The position numbers were made by a program, and so were the translations under genes. Shown here in pieces: positions 56,084-62,970 of a stretch of 62,970 nt of DNA (position 1 is its first letter; every line of letters begins with the position of its first letter). A model generated the notes under the pieces. It was not told the DNA's origin, searched no databases, and saw nothing but the letters and a program-made list of their open reading frames with translations. The stretch comes from Candidatus Alloclostridium intestinigallinarum (lineage in GTDB: Bacteria; Bacillota; Clostridia; Christensenellales; UBA3700). Location: positions 1-62,970 of the forward strand of contig CAJFNB010000004.1 in the NCBI GenBank assembly GCA_904393845.1. Reading direction: 5' to 3'.

Positions 56084-56661
56084 ATGCGGATACTGCTGTT
56101 CTGATTAAACTTACCGACGGATTTTCACCCGAAGTGCCGCTTGCGCGCAACGACGATTTATTGCGCGAAGTGTGCGCGAAGGCGGACGGGGAGGACAAAG
56201 CCGCGCTTGCGGAGTATGCGGAGAATATCCGCGCGAGAAAGGAGCAGGGCGCAATCAAGCGCGCACAGCTCAAAGAGGGCGTCGCCACGGATGAAGAACT
56301 TGCCCCCTATCTGGACGATCCCGATCCGCGTGCGCCCAAGGAAGTGCTCCGGTTCGTCATATCCCTGCCGCTGGGCGCAATCCTGCTTGCGGCGGGTCTG
56401 TGCTGTATGTACGCGGTGGATCCGGCGTATCTGGAAGCACATTCCGCGCTTTTGTATTTCGGCATAGCCGCGGCGGTTTTCGGCGCGCTCGCGCTGCTCA
56501 CCGCGCTTTTCGCGTTCATTTCGTACTGCAAGATACGCGAATACAACAAAAAACTGCCCGAAAAAAACCGCGAAAAACGCGCGGAAGCCATAGCCGACCT
56601 GGACGGACAGGTGGCGTACGAGATAATGCTCGCCGACCTGCTGCTCAAAACGATAGGATGA
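56080..56661 (+). CDS. Hypothetical two-TM membrane protein.
   Basis: ATGA overlaps occur at both ends of the gene. No motif was recognised. Confidence 0.5.
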   Translation: MNADTAVLIKLTDGFSPEVPLARNDDLLREVCAKADGEDKAALAEYAENIRARKEQGAIKRAQLKEGVATDEELAPYLDDPDPRAPKEVLRFVISLPLGAILLAAGLCCMYAVDPAYLEAHSALLYFGIAAAVFGALALLTALFAFISYCKIREYNKKLPEKNREKRAEAIADLDGQVAYEIMLADLLLKTIG

Positions 56662-57554
56662 ACGGCTGTTCCCTCTGTCCGCGTGCCTGCGGCGCCGACC
56701 GCCTGCATTCCGCGGGAGTGTGCGGCGTGCCGTGGAAAATAAAAATAGGCAGGGCGTGCAGACATATCTGGGAAGAACCGCCCGTAAGCGGAACGCGCGG
56801 CAGCGGCACGATATTTTTCGCGGGCTGTCCGCTCAAATGCGCATACTGCCAGAACTACGCGCTCTCGCGCGGAGAGGGCAGGGAAATAAGCGTAAGACAG
56901 CTGGCGGACATATTCAGACTGCTGGAAGATTCCGGCGCGCACAATATAAATCTCGTCACCGCCGCGCACTACGCGTACGCGGTGCTCCAAGCGGCGGAAA
57001 TCTACCGCCCTTCCGTTCCCGTAGTGTTCAACTGCGGCGGCTATGAAAGCGTGGAAACGCTTGAACTTTTGAAAGACCTGGTAGATATATGGCTGCCCGA
57101 TTACAAATACGCCCTGCGTTCCCCCGCCGAAAAATACAGCCGCGCGCCCGATTATCCCGAAACCGCGCTTAAAGCCCTGCAATATATGCGCTTACTTGCG
57201 CCCGAGGATATATTCGATAAGGACGGCGTCATGCAAAAGGGCATGATAGTAAGGCATCTGGTACTCCCGGGAAATCTTCAGAATACCTTTGCCGTGCTGG
57301 AAAACACGGCGAAGTATCTGGGTAAAGATACGTATTTTTCCCTTATGGGACAGTATTATCCCGCCGGCAGGGCGAAGGATTTTCCCGAACTTTCCCGTCC
57401 GCTTAAACCGCTGGAATACAAACTCGCCGTGGCGCGCGCGGAAAAGCTGGGTATGGAAAACACCTTTATACAATATTCCGGAAAAGACGAAAAAAGCTAT
57501 ACTCCCGTATTCGACGGCACGGTCACGGGCGGGATATACGGCGCAAAGTGTTAA
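56658..57554 (+). CDS. PflX-type (COG1313-like) radical SAM protein.
   Basis: It has the N-terminal CSLCPRAC..GVCG cluster and the CPLKCAYCQN radical SAM motif. ORF 56400..57554 was trimmed to MNGCSLC. Confidence 0.8.
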   Translation: MNGCSLCPRACGADRLHSAGVCGVPWKIKIGRACRHIWEEPPVSGTRGSGTIFFAGCPLKCAYCQNYALSRGEGREISVRQLADIFRLLEDSGAHNINLVTAAHYAYAVLQAAEIYRPSVPVVFNCGGYESVETLELLKDLVDIWLPDYKYALRSPAEKYSRAPDYPETALKALQYMRLLAPEDIFDKDGVMQKGMIVRHLVLPGNLQNTFAVLENTAKYLGKDTYFSLMGQYYPAGRAKDFPELSRPLKPLEYKLAVARAEKLGMENTFIQYSGKDEKSYTPVFDGTVTGGIYGAKC

Positions 57555-57581
57555 AATTTTAACAAAACGGCAAATTCACCG

Positions 57582-57610
57582 TTGACATTGCCGCGCGCAT
57601 TTTATATAAT
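57582..57610 (+). promoter_or_regulatory. Consensus promoter TTGACA-17-TATAAT for the hydrogen-sensor operon.
   Basis: Both hexamers are perfect. GAGGGGTGG precedes the ATG at 57647. Confidence 0.7.
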
Positions 57611-57646
57611 TTAATCAGTAAAATAATTTCACTGAGGGGTGGATAT

Positions 57647-57895
57647 ATGAGAATAAGCGTATGCGTAGGCAGTTCCTGCCATCTTAAAGGGTCTTACGAC
57701 GTGATATTGGGTTTTCAAAAGCTGATATCGGAGTACGACGTAGGCGATAAGGTCGATCTCGAGGCGTCTTTCTGCCTGGGTCATTGCGCCGAGGGTGTGA
57801 CGATCAAAATCGACGACGAGATAATTACGGGACTTACCGGGCAAAACGTAAGAAAGGTATTTGAGGAAAGGGTGCTTCCCGGGTTAGGAAAATGA
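57647..57895 (+). CDS. Thioredoxin-like [2Fe-2S] ferredoxin (NuoE/HydC-like small protein).
   Basis: It has the CVGSSC ... CLGHC four-Cys pattern in 82 aa. Confidence 0.7.
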   Translation: MRISVCVGSSCHLKGSYDVILGFQKLISEYDVGDKVDLEASFCLGHCAEGVTIKIDDEIITGLTGQNVRKVFEERVLPGLGK

Positions 57896-59595
57896 GCGGC
57901 GGGCTGTACCTGGAATTCAAGCCCGCAAACTGCAAAGACTGTTACAGGTGCCTGCGTTCCTGCCCGGTGAAGGCGATAGAAGTAGCCACGCACCAGGCGA
58001 CGATAATAGAAGATAGGTGCATTCTCTGCGGCAAGTGCACGCTCGTGTGCCACCAGAACGCCAAGGTGGTGCACAGCGGCAGGGCGGAGGTGGAAAAACT
58101 GCTGGAAGGCGGAAATGTGATAGCTTCCGTCGCGCCCTCTTTCGTGTCCAGCCTGGGCATAAACAACTTTGAAGTGCTCAGGAACGGACTTATGCAGATG
58201 GGCTTTGCGGACGCGGAGGAAACCGCGCGCGGCGCTGCGGCGGTCGTGGAGTGCTTCAAGCAGGATCTGGAAGGCGGGAAATACCGCAATTACATCACTT
58301 CCTGCTGTCCCGCGGTGAACAGGCTGATACAGCTTTACTATCCTGACGCGCTCAAATATCTCTCGCCCGTGGTGTCGCCCATGGTGGCGCACGGGACCAT
58401 GCTCAAACGCGAGCACCCGGACGCCAGGGTGGTGTTTATAGGACCGTGCATAGCCAAAAAGCGCGAGGCGGCGGAAAGCGGCGTGATAGACGGCGTGCTC
58501 ACCTTTGAAGAAACGCTGGAGATGATGCGCGACAAGTGCGTCACGCTGGGCGCGGAGAATATCGAGCAGGGAGAAGACGGACTGCGCGCGAGGTATTTCC
58601 CCATTCCGCGCGGCGTGATAAAGTCTTTCGACAAACTGCCCGAAGGGTACGAATATCTGTCCGTGGACGGCGTGGAGCGCTGCAAAGAGGTGCTGGAAAA
58701 CATAGAGGATATGGACGGCGTGTTCATAGAGATGAACGCGTGCGAATACGCGTGCATAAACGGACCCTGCGCCATACGCAACAAGGGCGGCGCAATCAAG
58801 GCGAACGAGGCGGTGCGCGGCTATGCCGGCAGCGGCGGCTGCAGGGTGCCTTCCTTCAACGGAGAAGAGCTTGAAGGAATGCGCCATATCCACAAGCGTC
58901 TGCGCGCCAGCGGCTTTGACGTGAGCGAGGAAAGACTGCTCAAAATAATGGCGAAAACGGGCAGGGACAAGCCGGAAAACCAGCTCAACTGCGGCGCGTG
59001 CGGCTACGATTCCTGCCGCCAGAAGGCGTGGGCGGTCGCAAACGGCTTTGCGGACGTATCCATGTGCCTGCCTTATATGAGGCAGAGGGCGGAGTCGCTG
59101 TCCTACGAGATAATACAAAACAGCCCCAACGGCATACTCGTGCTCGACGGCGATATGCGCGTGTTGCAGATGAACAACGCGGCAAAGAAGATGTTCGGCA
59201 TAACGCAGAGCGACCCCAAGGGTATGCTGCTTGTGGACTTTGCCGACCCCAGCGAATACATAGCCGCATACGAGGCAAAGACGGGCTTCAACCGCAAGTG
59301 CGAATTCGTCAAAAAGACGGGCAGGTATGTGGAAGTGAACGCCGTGGTGCTCAAGGAACACAACGTGCTGTTTGCGCTTTATAAGGACATAACGGACGAA
59401 AAGCAGTACGAAGGCAAGCTGCACCAGCTCACTTCGGAAACGCTAGCCACTACCGACGAAGTGATAATGAAGCAGATGCGCGTGGCGCAGGAGATAGCTT
59501 CCCTGCTGGGCGAAACCACGGCGGAGACCAAGGTGGCTTTGCTCAAATTGAAGAGTATGCTCAAACGCGAGGAGGACGGCGGGGATGTCACTTGA
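57892..59595 (+). CDS. Putative sensory [FeFe]-hydrogenase (HydS-like, group C) with a C-terminal PAS region.
   Basis: It has two CxxCxxCxxxC motifs. The H-cluster motifs are TSCCP, GPCIAKKRE and EMNACEYACING. It also has a CGACGYDSC motif and a PAS-like tail. Confidence 0.8.
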   Translation: MSGGLYLEFKPANCKDCYRCLRSCPVKAIEVATHQATIIEDRCILCGKCTLVCHQNAKVVHSGRAEVEKLLEGGNVIASVAPSFVSSLGINNFEVLRNGLMQMGFADAEETARGAAAVVECFKQDLEGGKYRNYITSCCPAVNRLIQLYYPDALKYLSPVVSPMVAHGTMLKREHPDARVVFIGPCIAKKREAAESGVIDGVLTFEETLEMMRDKCVTLGAENIEQGEDGLRARYFPIPRGVIKSFDKLPEGYEYLSVDGVERCKEVLENIEDMDGVFIEMNACEYACINGPCAIRNKGGAIKANEAVRGYAGSGGCRVPSFNGEELEGMRHIHKRLRASGFDVSEERLLKIMAKTGRDKPENQLNCGACGYDSCRQKAWAVANGFADVSMCLPYMRQRAESLSYEIIQNSPNGILVLDGDMRVLQMNNAAKKMFGITQSDPKGMLLVDFADPSEYIAAYEAKTGFNRKCEFVKKTGRYVEVNAVVLKEHNVLFALYKDITDEKQYEGKLHQLTSETLATTDEVIMKQMRVAQEIASLLGETTAETKVALLKLKSMLKREEDGGDVT

Positions 59596-60745
59596 TATCG
59601 AGTACGGCTTTACCTCGCTGAACAAGGCGGGAGAGGAACTGTGCGGCGACAACGTGCAGATATATTCCGACGGGGAAAACACCACGGTTGTGCTTGCCGA
59701 CGGAATGGGAAGCGGAGTCAAAGCCAATATCCTGTCCATGCTCACGTCAAAGATACTGTGCACGATGGTGGCGAATGAAATTTCCATAGAAGACTGCGTG
59801 GAAACCATTCTGGAAACGCTGCCCGTGTGCAAGGTGCGCGGAGTGGCGTACGCCACTTTTACCGTGGTGCATATCGACTCGAACGGCAGGGGCGTAATGT
59901 TCGAATTCGACAATCCGCCCGCCATATATTACCACCGCGGCAGGTGCGGCGACTTCGAGCGGCAGGAGCTTACCGTGCTGGGTAAAAAGGTGTATAAAAG
60001 CAACCTGAACCTGGAAGAAGGCGACCTTATCGTATTTATGAGCGACGGGGTGATCCACGCCGGCATAGGTATGCTGCTCAACTTCGGCTGGCAGCGCCCG
60101 GAAGTTATGGACTTTCTGAACAAATCCGTAACCCCGCGCATGACGGCAAAGGCGGTTGCGTGTCTGCTTGCGGGCGCGTGCAACGACCTTTATATGGATA
60201 AACCGGGCGACGATACGACAGTTGCCGCCGTAAAGTTGCGAAAAAGTCTGAATGTTGCTATAATGGTCGGTGCCCCGGTGAATAAGGACATGGACGACTA
60301 CTGCGTGGAAAAGCTGATGAGCTACGAGGGCAAAAAAGCCGTGTGCGGCGGCACCACCTCGCAGATAGTGGCGCGGCATCTGGGCACCAAGGTGGATACG
60401 GTGCTCGATTTCGTGGACAAGGACATTCCGCCGATAGGGCATATAGACGGTATAGACGTGACCACGGAAGGCGTGATAACGCTCAGGCGGCTGTTGGAGC
60501 TGGCGGAAAAGTACAATTCCACTTCCGACTTATCGCCCAAGTACTACGATAAAAAGGACGGGGCTTCGCTGCTGGCGAATCTGCTGTTCGAACAGGCCAC
60601 GAGCGTACACTTTCTCGTGGGGCAGAGCGCGAATATCGCGCACAAGGGTCTGCCGATAGACATAACCATGAAATTAAAGCTCGTTGAACGGCTTGCGGAC
60701 AATCTGCGCAGGATGGGCAAGCGGGTGGAGATAGAATATAACTGA
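59585..60745 (+). CDS. SpoIIE/PP2C-family serine phosphatase with an extra ~170-aa C-terminal domain.
   Basis: It has GDNVQIY..VVLADGMGSGVKA and SDGV motifs. It overlaps the end of hydS by 11 nt. Confidence 0.8.
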   Translation: MSLDIEYGFTSLNKAGEELCGDNVQIYSDGENTTVVLADGMGSGVKANILSMLTSKILCTMVANEISIEDCVETILETLPVCKVRGVAYATFTVVHIDSNGRGVMFEFDNPPAIYYHRGRCGDFERQELTVLGKKVYKSNLNLEEGDLIVFMSDGVIHAGIGMLLNFGWQRPEVMDFLNKSVTPRMTAKAVACLLAGACNDLYMDKPGDDTTVAAVKLRKSLNVAIMVGAPVNKDMDDYCVEKLMSYEGKKAVCGGTTSQIVARHLGTKVDTVLDFVDKDIPPIGHIDGIDVTTEGVITLRRLLELAEKYNSTSDLSPKYYDKKDGASLLANLLFEQATSVHFLVGQSANIAHKGLPIDITMKLKLVERLADNLRRMGKRVEIEYN

Positions 60746-60752
60746 GGCGGCT

Positions 60753-61298
60753 ATGAAGATAATGATAGCTTCGGACGTGCACGGCTCGTCCTACTATGCG
60801 GAAAAGATAAAGAGCACCTTTGAAAAAGAAGGGGCGGAACTTTTGGTGCTTCTGGGCGATATATACAACCCCGGTCCGCGCAATCCCATAGAAAAAGTGA
60901 AAGAATACGCCCCATTGAAGGTGGCGGAAACGTTCAACTCCGTGAAAGACAGACTTATGGTCATCAAGGGCAACTGCGACAGCCAGGTGGATACGCTCAT
61001 ATCCGAGTTTTACTTTGCGGAAGAGGGCGTTATTCTGGAAGGCGGCAAGCGGATCACCCTCACGCACGGGCATATATTCAATAAGGATAATATACCGCCC
61101 GCGTGCGGCGACGCGCTCATTTACGGGCACGTACACACGGGATTCATAATAAAGGAAAACGGCGTCACAATCGCCAATCCCGGCTCGGTGACGCTGCCAA
61201 AGGAGGGCACCGCGCACAGCTATCTTATTCTGGACGGCGGCGTGCTCACGCTTAAAGACATAGACGGCGGCAAAGTGGTACAGGAAGAAAAAATCTGA
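60753..61298 (+). CDS. YfcE/MJ0936-type metallophosphoesterase.
   Basis: It has DVHGS, LGDI, GNCDS, HGH and GHVHTG motifs in the canonical order. Confidence 0.8.
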   Translation: MKIMIASDVHGSSYYAEKIKSTFEKEGAELLVLLGDIYNPGPRNPIEKVKEYAPLKVAETFNSVKDRLMVIKGNCDSQVDTLISEFYFAEEGVILEGGKRITLTHGHIFNKDNIPPACGDALIYGHVHTGFIIKENGVTIANPGSVTLPKEGTAHSYLILDGGVLTLKDIDGGKVVQEEKI

Positions 61299-61345
61299 CA
61301 ATATCCCGGGAAAATTATGGAGTAATAAGAGGCAGGAGAAGAGTT

Positions 61346-62803
61346 ATGTTCAACAAGTTCGACACAAAAATCCAGGAACTGAAATATCAGGTTCTCAAAG
61401 AGCTTATCCGCAGGCGTTACGAAGGGGATATGTCCGATATATACACGGAAATTCCCAAGAAGATAGTGCCCGGTCCCAAGGCGACCATGCGTTGCTGTAT
61501 TTACAAGGAACGCGCCATCTTGCAGGAGCGCATCAAGCTCGGTTTGGGCGGCGACAAGAGCAACCCCAACGTAATCGAGGTTATAGACGAGGCGTGCGAC
61601 GAATGTCCCGTGGGCGGCATTTACGTCACCCCCGCGTGCCGCGGCTGTCTTAACCATATGTGTATGCAGAGCTGTCCCAAGGGCGCGATAACCATAGTAA
61701 ACAACAGACCCGTAATCGACAAGGAAAAGTGTATCGAGTGCGGAAAGTGCGTGCAAAGCTGCCCTTATAACGCCATAATCCACCAGCAAAGACCCTGCGT
61801 GCAGAGCTGCAAGGTGAAGGCGATCACCATGAATGAGGAAAAGAAGGCGCGCATTGATATGAACAAGTGCATCATGTGCGGCGCGTGCGTGTACCAGTGC
61901 CCGTTCGGCGCGATACAGGACAAGTCCTTTATCATGGACTGCATAGACATATTGCAGGGCTCGGAAAACAATACCAAGTATAAGGTGCACGCGGTGATAG
62001 CTCCCGCAATAGTCAGCCAGTTCAAGTACGCGGCGATAGAGCAGGTCATTACCGGTATCAAAAAGCTGGGCTTCCACCAGGTTACGGAAGCGGCGCTCGG
62101 CGCGGACGTAGTGCTTTACCACGAGGCGCAGGAGTTCAAGGAAAAACGCCTTATGACGACTTCCTGCTGTCCTTCCTTCGTCATGTTCGTGGAAAAGAAC
62201 TTCCCCGAACTCAAACAGTACATCTCTTCGTCCAACTCCCCCATGGTAGAGGCGGCGAACATGATAAAGCGCACCGATCCCACCGCGAAAGTGGTGTTCA
62301 TCGGACCCTGCACTTCCAAGAAGATGGAATTCAGAATGCCCAAGACGAATGGCGCGATAGACTGCGTCATCTCGTTCGAGGAGTTGCAGGCGTTCCTCGA
62401 CGCCCGCGACATAGACGTGGCTTCGCTTGAAAACACGCCTTTGGACAACGCTTCCTACTACGGCAGAATATTCGCAAAATCGTGCGGTATTGCCCAGGGC
62501 ATACGCGCCGTAGGCGAGAGTATGGGCGTTGAAGGCATAGTCCCCATCGCCATGAGCGGCATAGACCAGTGCCGTATGAATCTGCTCAAACTCAAAATGG
62601 GCAGGGCGGCGGAAAACTTCTTCGAGGGCATGGCTTGCGACGGCGGCTGCATAAACGGCGCGCTCTGCCTGCACCACGGAATGCGCAATATGGTCGACGT
62701 GGACAACTACGGCAAGTCCGCCAAGGAAAAGACCATCGACGGGTCGGTGAAGCTGTATAAGATGAGCCTCGAAGCCGAGGAAAAGAGAAATAAGAAAGAG
62801 TAA
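61346..62803 (+). CDS. Catalytic-type [FeFe]-hydrogenase with multiple N-terminal Fe-S cluster motifs (group B-like).
   Basis: It has TTSCCPSF, GPCTSKKME and EGMACDGGCING motifs, plus five Cys clusters in the N-terminal half. Confidence 0.85.
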   Translation: MFNKFDTKIQELKYQVLKELIRRRYEGDMSDIYTEIPKKIVPGPKATMRCCIYKERAILQERIKLGLGGDKSNPNVIEVIDEACDECPVGGIYVTPACRGCLNHMCMQSCPKGAITIVNNRPVIDKEKCIECGKCVQSCPYNAIIHQQRPCVQSCKVKAITMNEEKKARIDMNKCIMCGACVYQCPFGAIQDKSFIMDCIDILQGSENNTKYKVHAVIAPAIVSQFKYAAIEQVITGIKKLGFHQVTEAALGADVVLYHEAQEFKEKRLMTTSCCPSFVMFVEKNFPELKQYISSSNSPMVEAANMIKRTDPTAKVVFIGPCTSKKMEFRMPKTNGAIDCVISFEELQAFLDARDIDVASLENTPLDNASYYGRIFAKSCGIAQGIRAVGESMGVEGIVPIAMSGIDQCRMNLLKLKMGRAAENFFEGMACDGGCINGALCLHHGMRNMVDVDNYGKSAKEKTIDGSVKLYKMSLEAEEKRNKKE

Positions 62804-62823
62804 GCAAAAGCAGGCGGTAATAA

Positions 62824-62857
62824 AGGGACGGCGTGCTTTGGCGCCGTTCTTTTTTTT
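62824..62857 (+). terminator. Rho-independent terminator of the hydrogenase gene.
   Basis: The stem GGACGGCG/CGCCGTTC is followed by TTTTTTTT. Confidence 0.75.
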
Positions 62858-62877
62858 GATTACTCTTTTTTCGCGAG

Positions 62878-62970
62878 GGCGCCGCGCATAAGCACCCTCC
62901 TGCGGTGTCAAGTCACTCATTTTGAGAAATCACGTACGCCAAGTACGCTCATTCCCAAAATGAGCGCCTT
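62878..62970. repeat. Family-C long-hairpin repeat, copy 3 (truncated by the window end).
   Basis: The 5' half is nearly identical to copy 2. The apical loop is TCACGTACGCCAAGTACGCTC, and the inner stem is CTCATTTTG/CAAAATGAG. Confidence 0.8.

Noticed and set aside
56658-57554. Radical SAM gene as a hydrogenase maturase (HydE/HydG) or a sulfatase maturase (anSME).
   Set aside because: The N-terminal CxxCPRxC cluster, the ~300-aa size and the overall pattern fit the PflX/COG1313 type. It lacks the HydG C-terminal CxxCx22C, the HydE features and the SPASM Cys clusters of anSME.

Overview
This is a 62,970-bp chromosomal window from a GC-rich, spore-forming, anaerobic Bacillota (Clostridia-like) genome. 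Sporulation markers are sigH, yabP/yabQ and yyaC; anaerobic markers are two [FeFe]-hydrogenase-type genes, fhs and a PflX-type radical SAM gene. I call 54 protein genes. They include an F-type ATP synthase operon, ftsH, fhs-glnS, purF, and a pgk-tpiA-(sulfatase)-gpmI glycolytic block. They also include glycan-foraging enzymes (GH38 mannosidase, GH29 fucosidase, Cys-type sulfatase), transporters (GPH, CDF, NCS2), and the conserved mrnC-(thyX)-rlmB-sigH cluster. I found no rRNA, tRNA, CRISPR array, transposase, integrase, phage or recognisable defence genes. Long antisense ORFs in the track are GC-bias shadow frames.

The unusual content falls into two groups.

(1) Gene-level oddities:
- The ATP synthase has no free delta subunit; a delta C-terminal-domain remnant is fused to alpha. 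Its c subunit may carry a signal-peptide-like extension.
- A five-gene putative H2-sensing module reads 2Fe-2S protein, HydS-like PAS hydrogenase, PP2C phosphatase, YfcE phosphoesterase, catalytic hydrogenase.
- An uncharacterised module of a HemL-like aminotransferase, an FGGY kinase and a paired class II aldolase (one copy degenerate) is fused to the sigH housekeeping operon.

(2) Intergenic structure:
- The AT-rich intergenic islands hold at least four families of structured hairpin repeats (named A-D here).
- These repeats are modular and nest into one another.
- They keep stem complementarity through compensatory changes between copies.
- Family C sits immediately behind terminators whose stems extend back over the stop codon of the upstream gene.

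Many near-consensus sigma-70 promoters (TTGACA-17-TATAAT, often with a TGn extension) can be read directly. Three of them have leaderless-mRNA geometry.

All calls come from manual motif reading only. No database searches or folding programs were run.
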